A DNA stretch of 64,000 nucleotides from Halorarum halobium (GCF_032116555.1 NZ_CP134949.1:2108001-2172000); one strand, 5' to 3'; counted from the stretch's first letter, positions 41,194 to 51,882 are shown. Made by a program: numbers and translations. Notes: a model not told the origin generated them from the letters alone.

Positions 41194-41928
41194 TCACTCG
41201 GAGTCCGCTGGTTGAGCCGTCCCCGCGAGTCGCTCCTCCGCACGGTCCCGATCCTCGGGGAAGCCGATGTCCATTCGCCATCCGTCGATCGGGATGGCGT
41301 CGATGGTCCGACCACTTTCGATCAGCAGTCCAACCGCGTCCGATATTTCGTACTCGTTTCGATTGGACGGCTGAACCAGATGACACGCATGGAAGATAGC
41401 CGGTGTGAACGTGTAGAATCCGGTCATTACTAGATTCGACGGGGGATCCCCCGGTTTCTCGATGACGTCGACGATTTCCCCGTAGTCGTTCGTATCACAA
41501 ACGCCGTATCTCGATGCCTCATCCCAGGGGACTTCCTCCACGAGGAACGCAGCGTCCGCACGATCTTCTTGCTGACGCTGAACTACGTCCTCGAGGTTCG
41601 CCGCAAAGATGTTGTCCCCCAGGATGAGCATGAAGTCGTCGTCAATGTGGTCTTCAACGGTGAGTAGTGCATGGGCTAGCCCCTTTTGTTCACGTTGGTG
41701 TGCATAGGTGATGGGGACGCCTTCGTACTCGTCACCGTAATGTTCGATGATGTCTTGCTTTTTGTAGCCGACGACGACGATGAGTTCGGTCGCACCGAGT
41801 TCGATTAGTTCGTCGAAACACCGGGTGAGAATCGGTGCGCCTGCCACTTCGACCATCCCTTTCGGTTTATCGTCGGTAAGTGGTCGCAGTCTTGTTCCCT
41901 GCCCAGCTGCGAGGACAACCGCTTTCAT
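41194..41928 (-). CDS. aglF: UTP--glucose-1-phosphate uridylyltransferase
   Basis: LAAGQGTRLRPLTDDKPK, GLAHA, LGDN, EKP, EYEISDA. Confidence 0.92.
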   Translation of the reverse strand: MKAVVLAAGQGTRLRPLTDDKPKGMVEVAGAPILTRCFDELIELGATELIVVVGYKKQDIIEHYGDEYEGVPITYAHQREQKGLAHALLTVEDHIDDDFMLILGDNIFAANLEDVVQRQQEDRADAAFLVEEVPWDEASRYGVCDTNDYGEIVDVIEKPGDPPSNLVMTGFYTFTPAIFHACHLVQPSNRNEYEISDAVGLLIESGRTIDAIPIDGWRMDIGFPEDRDRAEERLAGTAQPADSE

Positions 41929-42119
41929 AGATACGCAACTCGATGATGGATACTAAAGCCTACGTATCGCTCATCAGTGATCCTGAGCAAGTTTACTCAG
42001 GAGAGAGTTACCGAATCCCTCCGGTGTGTCACTATGAATGCAGAGGCATCCAAAGGGTAAAGATGCGATCATGGGGCCTCGATGAACGAGTTCTACTGCA
42101 CCCTGTGATCCAGATCGGT

Positions 42120-43562
42120 CTACTGAACCGGAATGTTCTCGGTTACCTTCAACCTGAACCTTCCCGAGATCAAGAAGAGGAGACCGAAATATACCGTAGC
42201 ACCGAAGGTCACCGCCGGGATGACGATCCTGACCTCGAACGGACTTGCTCCGATAGTCTTAGAGGAGTACAGTACGGCCTTTACCAGCAATCCCATGATG
42301 ATTGCGGCGACCACTTGCTTCCGAATCTCTTTCCAGGGAATAGTGAAGGTGAGAATCCTCCCGAGGAGGAAGTAGGCGAAAACGAACCCACAAACCACCG
42401 AGACGAGGGTTGCTACAGCAGCACCAAGCCATCCAAAGTAGAAGACTAAGAGGAAGTTCAACACGATGTTCGACCCGACGAAGAGGATGTTCGCCTGGAA
42501 GGAAAGGTCCGGTCTGTCGAGGGCATCAATCGTGCTAACTACCTGTCGGTAGTAACTGTGAACGAGAATGGATGCGACCAGCAACACCAAAATGGCGTAC
42601 CCTTGCCTGAATTCGCTGCCATACAGGTTCAGAACCCCTTCACCAACGACTACCGATCCGACGAAACCGGGGATCACGAACAGTCCGGAAAAAGCGAGGG
42701 TGTCATCGAGGTAGTTGACGATCCTCGGCCGGCCGGCTTCACCCGATAGCCTGCTCATTTCGGGGAAGAACGTACTGCTCAACGATTTCGAAAAGATCCC
42801 CATGACCGTCGCGATATTCCAGCAGATCGAATATATCCCGATCAGACTGGATGAGACGAAAAACCCAAGCACTAATTTGTCCATTAAGCTATATGTTCCG
42901 CCCTTCGCCCGCTCCAACCAGGAATACTTCGCAAAGTTAGTGATACTAGAAAAATGGCTCCTATCCGGCACTGTCATACCCAATGAACGGCCGAAAAGAG
43001 TGGGGAGGAGGATGATCGCGGCCAACCCGACCGAAATAAAACTCACAATTTCGCCGCCGAGTAACGCAAAGATCGAAAGACCAGCGGCTACACCTGCAAC
43101 CTGAAGTGTGATACGAGATACGCTCTGAGAGATTCCAAGCGCAGCTTCTATGTGAACGAGGTGGTCGCCTCGGAACACGGCCATCACCACGGAGAAACCG
43201 ATCCGCCCAAAAAGCAGTAAGATCACCACCCAATACAGCGGTGCCCCCAGATATTGGTTGATCTGACCGCGAAACAGGAAGATTCCAGTCGACGTCGCCG
43301 AGGTAAGAGCGAGGATCAAAACCGCTCCGGCGACGATGTGTTGACTCTTATCGACGCCTTCGCTCACACGTTTCGTGATGGACTTGGTGATCCCTGCCTT
43401 TGCGACGATGGTCAACCAACCGACGACGGCAAGCACGAGAAAGTAGTCACCGAGTATTGCTGATCCGAGTTCACGTGCGAAATAGACCGTCGCAAAGAAC
43501 CCCAGTACTGAGGAACCGATCTTCGAGGCGAAGAATATCGCAGACTTTTGACCGAGTCGCAC
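42120..43562 (-). CDS. Oligosaccharide flippase (Wzx/MOP superfamily)
   Basis: Many TM helices; YFARELG...LG, DKLVLGFF...IGIY, GWLGAAVAT. Confidence 0.88.
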   Translation of the reverse strand: MRLGQKSAIFFASKIGSSVLGFFATVYFARELGSAILGDYFLVLAVVGWLTIVAKAGITKSITKRVSEGVDKSQHIVAGAVLILALTSATSTGIFLFRGQINQYLGAPLYWVVILLLFGRIGFSVVMAVFRGDHLVHIEAALGISQSVSRITLQVAGVAAGLSIFALLGGEIVSFISVGLAAIILLPTLFGRSLGMTVPDRSHFSSITNFAKYSWLERAKGGTYSLMDKLVLGFFVSSSLIGIYSICWNIATVMGIFSKSLSSTFFPEMSRLSGEAGRPRIVNYLDDTLAFSGLFVIPGFVGSVVVGEGVLNLYGSEFRQGYAILVLLVASILVHSYYRQVVSTIDALDRPDLSFQANILFVGSNIVLNFLLVFYFGWLGAAVATLVSVVCGFVFAYFLLGRILTFTIPWKEIRKQVVAAIIMGLLVKAVLYSSKTIGASPFEVRIVIPAVTFGATVYFGLLFLISGRFRLKVTENIPVQ

Positions 43563-43697
43563 GGTTTAGCGGGCGCCCGGCGAACACATATCCTTTTCTG
43601 TCTACACGGGGACCGAGCCAGAATCCAGCCCGCGATCGGGGCAACCGACCGAAAGTATCAATCCCTTGGAATCATTCGAGTCGTTCACCCATCTCGC

Positions 43698-44498
43698 TCA
43701 TCTGCTGGCGACGATGTGGTGCGTGTTGAGTTCATCGAGCTTCCGTCCTGGCCAGCTCTGCTGGTAATGTTCTCGGATCCGTGTCACATTATATCCATAG
43801 TCCTGAAATAGATCTTCGATTTCTTCGGGGGAGCGACCTTCTGCCGCCTGCACGTCCACGTCGTGGTGAAGCTCTATGATCCACGTGCAGTCAGTGTTCA
43901 GCAATTCCTCCGAGGACGGCAGCACTTCATACTCCCAGCCATCGATATCCATCAGGACTACGTTCGGAGTACCGAACTGGTCGACGTAGTCGTCGAGGGA
44001 CAGGACCGATTCCTCGACGATCGAAATGTTGTCGAAGTCGTTCCGGTCAATCGACCTGCGAAGAAGCTCTGTCCGCGACTCATCCGGGTCGAACGCAACC
44101 GCTCTGTTTATCGATTCGCTCAGTAAAAGAGAATGATAACCCCACCCTGCACCGACTTCCCAGAAGTCGTCTTGCTCGTCCAGATTCGCGATCAGTTCTT
44201 CAACTACCTCCGTTTCGTACTCGCCAAGCACTCGGTGATGAATGTGGGGCGAATCAAGTTCGTACCAGAAACTGAACGCGGGAGTATTCTCGATGACGGG
44301 CGAGACGTTATACAGCGCGGTATATCCGATCGCCAAGGGCGATGAAACCATCCGCCCAGCATACCAGTCAGCGAATTTGTAATAAACGAGTTGAAGCTCT
44401 TTGAGAAGGAAGATCAAAGCACGAACGACGAGCCGAGAGAACCCTTTATCGCGGCGGATCCGACGAGCTTCCCTTGTTAATGAGAGTTCGGTGTCCAT
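43698..44498 (-). CDS. FkbM-like SAM-dependent methyltransferase
   Basis: GEYE, FWEVGAGWGYHS, AFDP, LDD, LMDIDGWEYEVL, IIELH. Confidence 0.8.
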   Translation of the reverse strand: MDTELSLTREARRIRRDKGFSRLVVRALIFLLKELQLVYYKFADWYAGRMVSSPLAIGYTALYNVSPVIENTPAFSFWYELDSPHIHHRVLGEYETEVVEELIANLDEQDDFWEVGAGWGYHSLLLSESINRAVAFDPDESRTELLRRSIDRNDFDNISIVEESVLSLDDYVDQFGTPNVVLMDIDGWEYEVLPSSEELLNTDCTWIIELHHDVDVQAAEGRSPEEIEDLFQDYGYNVTRIREHYQQSWPGRKLDELNTHHIVASR

Positions 44499-44715
44499 GG
44501 GTCGAACGGACAATCGAAGATTGATAAAATCCCGCCCCCGGAAATCAGGATTGAGAACCAGGCCATCGAGAACTATAAGGATGATTCTGCATGTGATTTT
44601 GAAGTTATACTCGTTCGTTCTTTTCAGTCTTAGTCGTGGCGCTGGCCGGTGGGATGTACTAGGTCCGGAAGAGCTAACCGTATTTTTAAGCATATGGGCG
44701 GACTGCTGCAGTTCA

Positions 44716-45693
44716 ATGGCCCGTCATTACACACTCTCCAATCTGTCTCGTGTGCTGCAGGACCCAAGTCTGCTCCAAAACGAGTTTCGCCGAATCAATC
44801 GAAAACTCAACTCCACGTTGTTTCGAAACCGACAACAGAACGGTTTCGACGTGTTGAGCGCGGACTGGGACAACCTGATAATTCTTGACGGGTGCCGCTA
44901 CGAGGTTTTCGAGGACCATCATACGTTCTCGGGAGATCTTTCTCCCATCTATTCGCAAGGGGCTCATAGCAACGAGTTCATGCAGGCAACGTTCGCTGAT
45001 CGACAACTCCACGATACGATTTACATCACGTCCAACCCGTGGTCGGAACAACTCAGTGATGACACGTTCTTTCTCACGAGGACAACATACACGGAGAGCG
45101 AACAGGGTGGCGAGGCGAGACTTCCCGAGGACGTTGCCAAACTAACACTTGAGACGTTTGAGGAGTACCCGAACAAGCGGTACATCATCCACTTCATGCA
45201 ACCGAACAACCCGTACGTTGGACCGATTGCGGAGGAACTTCGGGAGAAATTATTGACGAGGAACGGCGTCCTCTGTACTGAACTTGGCCTGACGAGTGCG
45301 AACACAACTACGACCATAACCGATGAAGTCCCCCACCTCAGGCGTGCGCTCAGGAAAGGATACATCACTCGACAGCAGATGCTTGAAGTGTATACTGAAA
45401 ACTTGAAGGAAGTCACTCGACACTCGAAGCGCGTCATCAACGAATTGGGTGGGAAAACAACACTAACGAGTGACCATGGAGACATGTTCGGAGAACGCCT
45501 CCCCCCGCTCTATCTGAAGGACTACTCTCACTGGGAAGGGGTCCACAGCGACGTGTTACGGCGTGTCCCATGGTTCGAAATGGACTCACAGAATCGCCGG
45601 GACATCGAGGGCGGTGAGCCGATTCGAGAGGAACGAATCGGGGCGAGTGGTGTCGAAGAACACTTGAAGAGCATGGGATATCTCGCGGATTGA
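44716..45693 (+). CDS. Alkaline phosphatase/sulfatase-fold protein
   Basis: WDNLIILDGCRY, IIHFMQPNNPY, LTSDHGDMFGE, RVPW, C-terminal LKSMGYL. Confidence 0.8.
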   Translation: MARHYTLSNLSRVLQDPSLLQNEFRRINRKLNSTLFRNRQQNGFDVLSADWDNLIILDGCRYEVFEDHHTFSGDLSPIYSQGAHSNEFMQATFADRQLHDTIYITSNPWSEQLSDDTFFLTRTTYTESEQGGEARLPEDVAKLTLETFEEYPNKRYIIHFMQPNNPYVGPIAEELREKLLTRNGVLCTELGLTSANTTTTITDEVPHLRRALRKGYITRQQMLEVYTENLKEVTRHSKRVINELGGKTTLTSDHGDMFGERLPPLYLKDYSHWEGVHSDVLRRVPWFEMDSQNRRDIEGGEPIREERIGASGVEEHLKSMGYLAD

Positions 45694-45846
45694 TTGTGAT
45701 CAACAAGACGATCGTAGTGAAACAAGAGAGACCAGCCAGAGAAGACCCATGAGAAGAACTAAATCGACCATCGAGACGACCACGGAGAGTCACATCGGGA
45801 GAGTACAACAGCGAAGTGCGATCCGGCATCATTCCAGTGCTCAGAA

Positions 45847-46914
45847 ATGTTAGACATCCGTAGCCAGCTGGCGAAATCCGATCTGATCAAGCGAACATTC
45901 GAAGGGAGCCGGGAGAAAGTATCTCAACTCTATCGAGCTCTACACGAGAGCGATAGTATGGAAGAGTACAGATCACTTCGCACCGAGTCTAGCATTGGAC
46001 TGAAACCGTTAGAATCCGAGGAAGGAGTATTCCGGAAAGGAGCTAATTTGAAGCCACACCCTGACGCTCCGAATCCAGTGTTGACCAAGGATGACGTTGA
46101 CGACGTCCTCACTCGGTTCGTCGCCGATCCATTCATTGTTTATGAAAGTGGCGTGTACAATCTCTTTTTCGAAATAAAATCAATTGGTGGAAACGTCTTT
46201 ATCGGTCACGCCTTCAGCGAAGACGGACTCGAGTACACTTACAATCAAGTCGTTATTGAACCCGAGTTTGCTCAGCACACCTACCCATATGTCTTTAAGT
46301 TGGATGGGCAGTGGATGATGGTTCCGTCCCCAGGAGCCAACGTCAATGGTCAGTTTCGCGTCTACGAAGCAGTCGATTTTCCCATTGAATGGCGACTGAG
46401 AGCCGTACCAATTCAAGAACGTGTGCGACAGGATCCCACACCGATCTTCCACGACGACAGATGGTTCCTTATATACCAAGATACAGACACATGGGACGTC
46501 GAACTGAAGCATTCCGATTCCCTTTTTGCGGACGAATGGAACACCCATCCGGCCAGTCCAATATTCGAAAACGACCCAAAGGAGATAGCAAACTGTTCAA
46601 TCGGTGGTGCCGAGATGGTTCCTTCGGGGCGACCGATTTACAACGGCGATTCCGTCGATCTATTTTACAGATCCCACATCAATCGAGAGGTCTACCACTA
46701 CCGGATTACAGCGCTAACTGAGGACACGTTCGAGCAGCACCGGTTCTCCGACTCGACCGTTTTTGAAGGCTTGAAAACGAACGAGTGGAACCGACGGTTC
46801 ATGCACACGGTGAATCCAGTTTACCCGTGGATGTCTGATGAGCCCAGAGTTGCCGTCGACGGGCTCAAAGCCGATAGCTACGAGTGGAGCATCGGGATAT
46901 ATACCATCGATTGA
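45847..46914 (+). CDS. Five-bladed beta-propeller glycoside-hydrolase-like protein (GINT1 N-terminal-like)
   Basis: NPVL, VADPFIV...LFFE, HTYPYVF...MMVP, FPIEW, DPTPI, HPASPI. Confidence 0.65.
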   Translation: MLDIRSQLAKSDLIKRTFEGSREKVSQLYRALHESDSMEEYRSLRTESSIGLKPLESEEGVFRKGANLKPHPDAPNPVLTKDDVDDVLTRFVADPFIVYESGVYNLFFEIKSIGGNVFIGHAFSEDGLEYTYNQVVIEPEFAQHTYPYVFKLDGQWMMVPSPGANVNGQFRVYEAVDFPIEWRLRAVPIQERVRQDPTPIFHDDRWFLIYQDTDTWDVELKHSDSLFADEWNTHPASPIFENDPKEIANCSIGGAEMVPSGRPIYNGDSVDLFYRSHINREVYHYRITALTEDTFEQHRFSDSTVFEGLKTNEWNRRFMHTVNPVYPWMSDEPRVAVDGLKADSYEWSIGIYTID

Positions 46915-47023
46915 CTTCGGGAACGATTGGCAGTGAATCTGTAATGTACTGACCTTGAACCATGACGCAGGCCCAATACTGAGAAAGGATTAAATCCTAA
47001 CGAGCACGGGCCTTTGCATAGAC

Positions 47024-48046
47024 ATGGTTGGCCAAATTGAATTTCTCAACGGGAACGAACCCTACATAATAGCGGAGGTCGGCGGAAACCACGGCGGCAG
47101 CGTAGACAAGGCGAAAGACTATGCAACTGCCGCTGCGGAGGCCGGTGTCGATTCGGTCAAGTTTCAGCTCTATCAGGCAGAGAACTTGATAACGAAGGAT
47201 GAACCTCCGCTTCCACTTGCCGGTGACGAGTACGAGTCGCAGTACGAACGGTTCAAAGAACTGGAGTTGACGCGGTCGGAATGGCGGGACGTTATCGATC
47301 ACTGTTACTCCCTCGGGGTCGATTTTTCCGCTAGCGTCTTCGATGCCGAAATGCTCGAATTTGCGATAGACGATATGCCGTTTATTAAAATCGCATCGGG
47401 TGACCTCACAAATCTTCCGCTCCTACGAAAGGTACAAGAAACTGGGAAGCCGATCGTGCTCTCTACCGGATTTTCGACCTTCGAAGAGATTCGGCGAACG
47501 ATGACCCTCCTTTCCGACGCCAGCGTCGTCCTCCTCCACTGTATGGGGTCGTACCCGACATCCGATGAGGACGCGAACCTCATGATGGTTGAAGCCCTCC
47601 AGAATGAGTTCGACACACCGACCGGATATTCCGATCATACGGTGGGGATACTTGCCCCGATCGCTGCCGTAGCTAGGGGGGCGCAAGTCGTTGAGAAACA
47701 TTTCACACTGGATAAATCCAAGAAGGTAGGTGACCACCGCCTATCGGCAACACCTGAACAGATGGAGGAACTGGTGGACGAAAGTCGGCGCGTTGCCAGG
47801 ATGAGCGGTCGGGCACGCGATAATGAGGTATATCTCCCGGAAAAGGAGATACGTAACGATATGCGTCGGAGCCTGGCGACGAAAAAATCAATTAAAGAAG
47901 GAAAAACGATCACTGAGGAGGACTTGACAGCGTTGCGCCCTTCCGACGGCGTCTCACCGATGCGTCTGGATGAGGTCATCGGTACTTCCGCGACGAGGAA
48001 CATCAACGCCAATCAGATCCTCCAAGAGTCCGATTTCGGGGGCTAA
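47024..48046 (+). CDS. neuB: Nonulosonic acid (N-acetylneuraminate-family) synthase with C-terminal SAF domain
   Basis: IIAEVGGNHGG, VKFQ, KIASGDLT, LSTG, LHCMGSYP, GYSDHT, EKHFTLD, RRSL. Confidence 0.93.
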   Translation: MVGQIEFLNGNEPYIIAEVGGNHGGSVDKAKDYATAAAEAGVDSVKFQLYQAENLITKDEPPLPLAGDEYESQYERFKELELTRSEWRDVIDHCYSLGVDFSASVFDAEMLEFAIDDMPFIKIASGDLTNLPLLRKVQETGKPIVLSTGFSTFEEIRRTMTLLSDASVVLLHCMGSYPTSDEDANLMMVEALQNEFDTPTGYSDHTVGILAPIAAVARGAQVVEKHFTLDKSKKVGDHRLSATPEQMEELVDESRRVARMSGRARDNEVYLPEKEIRNDMRRSLATKKSIKEGKTITEEDLTALRPSDGVSPMRLDEVIGTSATRNINANQILQESDFGG

Positions 48047-48102
48047 CTCGGTTAGAACGGACGGAACACAGTTCCAGAACAAAAGCACGATATAAATACT
48101 CA

Positions 48103-49545
48103 ATGACAGGTACAAAGGTCAGCGTCATCATCACTGCACACAACTATGCAGAATATCTGGAAGAGTCGATAGATAGCGTCATAAACCAAACATACGACGA
48201 ATTCGAATTAGTAGTCGTTGATGACGGTTCTACGGACGAGACACCACAGATACTCCGAGAATACACTTTTGAATACCCCGAGAAGATCAAGGTAGTTACA
48301 TTAGGTGGGGAGGGCCTCCCGACTGCCTGTAATCGAGGTATCGAGGCTGCGGATGGAGACTACATTATCCGGCTCGACGCAGACGATTACTTCGACGAAA
48401 ACGTACTGACTGTTGAGGCATCGTACCTCGATGCCAACCCCGACGTCGATCTGGTCTACCCTGATTACTACACGGTCGACGAAACCGGCGATCTCATCGA
48501 TCACGTAAGACTTCCTAAAGTTGGTGACGAAGTGAAACTGCTCGACAGATCACCGCTGGCAGCAGGTGCGATGTATCGCCGCGAATCCTGGGAGAAACTC
48601 GGAGGATACAATGAATCACTCAGTTATCAAGAGGATTACGATTTTTGGATTAAATTCGTAACAGAGTTTGAAGTCCGTAACGTCAACTTGCCACTCATGT
48701 ACTATCGCCAACACGGCGAGAGTATGTCGACAAATTTCGCCGAACGGATGAACGCTCGTCGGAACGTCAAGCGTGATTTCGTCGAGGAAAACGTCGACTA
48801 TGGTGACATCGAAGTGTTAGCGATGATTCCAGCAAGAAGGGAGAAACGAGTCGATTTACCTGACGGAGGGACAGATTCGCTCGCCCTGAAAGAATTGGCT
48901 GGACGGCGATTGATCGAGTATACCATAAAGGAAGCACAGAGTTCGAACCACATAGATCGCTTGATCGTCTCCACCGAGGACGAGGAGATAGCAAGCGTAG
49001 CGAAAGCAATAGGTTCAGAGGTTCCATTCCTTCGTGACTCTGAGCTAAGCTCACCAACTACACAGCTCTCAGAAGTCACCGCTTCACTTCTCGAGAGACT
49101 ACGACGTGAGGAAGGATATGATCCCGACGTTATTGTCGTTCTTCCGTACGTTTCTCCACTTCGGTCCACAGACCACATCGACGAAGCAGTTGACACTAAG
49201 GTTATGTTTTCAGTGGATTCAGTTATCAGTGTTTACGAGAATAACGAGTTCCTCTGGCGACCCGGAAAGTACGGATTGGAGCCTCTGTTCGAGGAACGCC
49301 TCCTCCGGCGGGAGCGGGAGACAACTTACCATGAAAACGGTGCCATCTACGTTACGACACCGAACGTTGTCCTCAACCAAGACGACCTGATCGGCCGACA
49401 CGTGGGACACGTCCTCATGCAAGAAAGCGTCTCGGTTCACATCGACTCCGTGTTCGATTATCGTACATGTGAGAATATTATAATGTCCGGCGAGATGACC
49501 ACGTTCTCGAATACCGAACTCGACGGATCCGGTGAGGACTCCTAA
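48103..49545 (+). CDS. Fusion of GT2 glycosyltransferase and NeuA-like acylneuraminate cytidylyltransferase
   Basis: N-half VSVII, VVVDDGSTD, LDADD, EDYDFW, YRQH; C-half AMIPAR, LAGRRLIEYTI, IVSTEDEEI, VPFLR, SPLR, ENGAIY, IDSVFD. Confidence 0.88.
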   Translation: MTGTKVSVIITAHNYAEYLEESIDSVINQTYDEFELVVVDDGSTDETPQILREYTFEYPEKIKVVTLGGEGLPTACNRGIEAADGDYIIRLDADDYFDENVLTVEASYLDANPDVDLVYPDYYTVDETGDLIDHVRLPKVGDEVKLLDRSPLAAGAMYRRESWEKLGGYNESLSYQEDYDFWIKFVTEFEVRNVNLPLMYYRQHGESMSTNFAERMNARRNVKRDFVEENVDYGDIEVLAMIPARREKRVDLPDGGTDSLALKELAGRRLIEYTIKEAQSSNHIDRLIVSTEDEEIASVAKAIGSEVPFLRDSELSSPTTQLSEVTASLLERLRREEGYDPDVIVVLPYVSPLRSTDHIDEAVDTKVMFSVDSVISVYENNEFLWRPGKYGLEPLFEERLLRRERETTYHENGAIYVTTPNVVLNQDDLIGRHVGHVLMQESVSVHIDSVFDYRTCENIIMSGEMTTFSNTELDGSGEDS

Positions 49546-50261
49546 TCCATATTGTGCTCACCTAACTCAGTATTATCTACGTATGTAACTGCATCCGTGA
49601 TGTCCAAGAGACCGTCGTAGTCGACGTTGGCATACACTTCTTCGAACAGTTGGAAGTCATCGGGAGTATCAAGAGTGAAACGGAGATCAGTCCTATTTTG
49701 CATATATCTCTCGTCAAACACCTGATCGGAGGACACGTTCGATGTTGTGAACGAATCGGAGGACCGGTAGTATGGCGTGACGTGCTCCCGCTCGTGTGGA
49801 GTTTTAGCTTCCTTGTTGACACGTTTGAAACTCTCGTACGTGAACACCTCCACGTCCAGACCCGCAGGAAACGTTCGTTCGATCTTGTTCGAAACATAGT
49901 CCACTTGGTCCTCGCGTGCCAATTGGATGGCGACATCGAGCACTTCGGGCGATAGTAGTGGGTTATCCGCCGTTATCCGCACGATCAGATCCGCTTCGTT
50001 CACCGTCGCTGACTCGAAAACACGGCCAAGAACGTCCGTTTCCTCTCCCCGATACACTTTCACCTCTTCTCTACGTGCGTGGCGTGCCACGATGTCGTCA
50101 CGACTATTGTTTGACGTCGCGACGACGACATCGTCGACATCGCTTGCACTGGTCCGCCGAATCACGTGCTGAATGATCGGAAGACAATTCAGCGAGATCA
50201 TGACCTTTCCGGGGAGTCGTGAGGAGCCCATTCGGGCCTGTATAACGGCAACGACGTTCAT
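49542..50261 (-). CDS. SpsF-like cytidylyltransferase (CTP_transf_3)
   Basis: IQARMGSSRLPGKV, VVVATS, DVLGR, VRITADNP, GLDVEV, EREHVT, TLDTPDD. Confidence 0.88.
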   Translation of the reverse strand: MNVVAVIQARMGSSRLPGKVMISLNCLPIIQHVIRRTSASDVDDVVVATSNNSRDDIVARHARREEVKVYRGEETDVLGRVFESATVNEADLIVRITADNPLLSPEVLDVAIQLAREDQVDYVSNKIERTFPAGLDVEVFTYESFKRVNKEAKTPHEREHVTPYYRSSDSFTTSNVSSDQVFDERYMQNRTDLRFTLDTPDDFQLFEEVYANVDYDGLLDITDAVTYVDNTELGEHNMD

Positions 50262-50286
50262 TGTGGGTAACGAAAACTCACACCAC

Positions 50287-51714
50287 CTACGTCTTATAAC
50301 CGTCCTCTCGCGCTTCCCCGAGATCGTTGATAGACTTAACGAAGTCTCCAGGAGATTTGCTCGCAAAGAAGTAATCGGTCTCAAAGGAGTTGACATTCGT
50401 CTCCTGCCTGGTAGCGTAGTCTGCTGGGTCCGAGATCAGTTTTGCACAGCCAAGTTCCAGAAGTGGACCCAGATATTCGTGCCCCGGCAGGTCCAGTACG
50501 TACGTGTCCAGATCGAAATAGAGACCTTCGAACAGAGCCGTGGAGTACACACCGATTTGGGCGGACGATTCGGAGAGGAGTTGATAGAGCGGAACTTCGT
50601 CACTCACTACCTCTACGTCCGCGGTTTGAAGCCAGGGGTACTCCTTGGTCCACGTGTCATACTCCTTCGGGTGGAGTTTATAGACGATGTGCTGGTGATG
50701 GTCGTCCCGGTCGGCCAAGGCAACTGCAAATCGCGAGAGCTCCTCCGCGATCACCGATTGGGAGATGAAGACGACCTGTTCCGTTTCACGTTCGTCGGCA
50801 TACTCCTTGGCCCTCTGTTCGAGGAAGGGGTATCCAACCGAGTGAATGCGTCCGTCCGGCAACGGAAAGTCGACCGTCTCCCTCCAGAAATCACCGAAGG
50901 CGAAAAAGTAGTCGGGGAAGACGCGCTTCGTCCCTCCAGGGTAAGAGTACCCGAGGTGGTACTTTGTTATCACGCCGTGCTGCAGTTCGACGACGGGGAT
51001 ATCCTCAAGGTGACAAGCTTCGACGAACGTTTCCCGCCCATTGTAGCTGGTTACGAGAAATGCGATTTCTGGCGAAAGGCGGCCAAGCAGTTGGCGGAAC
51101 ATTGGGAGACGCACACGTCGTCGAGACAAGTCGCGTCTCACTAGATTCGTCAGCGGGATTTCGACGCCAAATCGGGAGTCAATCTCTGCTGCGATGTCTG
51201 CCAGGAAGGTGGAGTCCTCACGAGATAGCAACACCGTACCGACCCCTAGTTTCTCACACAGTGTTCCAGTGTACTCTATGAGATCCGTGTATCGGAGGTT
51301 CTCGGTCTTGGCTGGTTTTCGGTGAGATATTTGATAGGGGCGTTCCAGGCACTCGTAGCTCTTATCAACGCGTTCAATGATGGGGTCCAGATAGATGTCC
51401 CACCAGAGCCCATCGTCCAGCTGCTTTCGACGTCCAGTCCCGTAGAAGACTAATTCCGTATCGGCCCCGAGGTACGGGTTTCTGAACAATGCGTTCCTGA
51501 GGAGAAGACCGGCACCCGAGAGGTACTCGTCGATTCCATCACCCGAGTCACCGCCTCCCTCGTTGGGGTGGAGTTTCTCGACCAATCGTTGATGGATTCT
51601 GAACCGGACTCGTTCCCAAAAGTACACGCCACATATCTTCCTGTCCAAAAGCTCCTTCTCGTCTTCCAGACGGATGAACTCCTCATAGAGATTCCCGAAG
51701 CTCTGTCCGCTCAT
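50287..51714 (-). CDS. GT-B-fold protein, putative nonulosonate (sialyl-like) transferase
   Basis: VVELQHG, PDYFFAFGDFW, VGYPF, VFISQ, YKLHPKE, YSTALFEGL; adjacent to neuB/neuA-like genes. Confidence 0.6.
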   Translation of the reverse strand: MSGQSFGNLYEEFIRLEDEKELLDRKICGVYFWERVRFRIHQRLVEKLHPNEGGGDSGDGIDEYLSGAGLLLRNALFRNPYLGADTELVFYGTGRRKQLDDGLWWDIYLDPIIERVDKSYECLERPYQISHRKPAKTENLRYTDLIEYTGTLCEKLGVGTVLLSREDSTFLADIAAEIDSRFGVEIPLTNLVRRDLSRRRVRLPMFRQLLGRLSPEIAFLVTSYNGRETFVEACHLEDIPVVELQHGVITKYHLGYSYPGGTKRVFPDYFFAFGDFWRETVDFPLPDGRIHSVGYPFLEQRAKEYADERETEQVVFISQSVIAEELSRFAVALADRDDHHQHIVYKLHPKEYDTWTKEYPWLQTADVEVVSDEVPLYQLLSESSAQIGVYSTALFEGLYFDLDTYVLDLPGHEYLGPLLELGCAKLISDPADYATRQETNVNSFETDYFFASKSPGDFVKSINDLGEAREDGYKT

Positions 51715-51882
51715 TGTCGTCGGATGGACGATCGTATGCTCATATTTCGCTCTGACGATCCTGTAGCCTGATCGTACATTTGACGGATCCTTTGGGGAGT
51801 TCGTTACCGCACTGTCCTCAGATGCTGCCGACAACACTTATAACTCCCCGATAACGAACCATATCACCAACTCCAAACTCAG

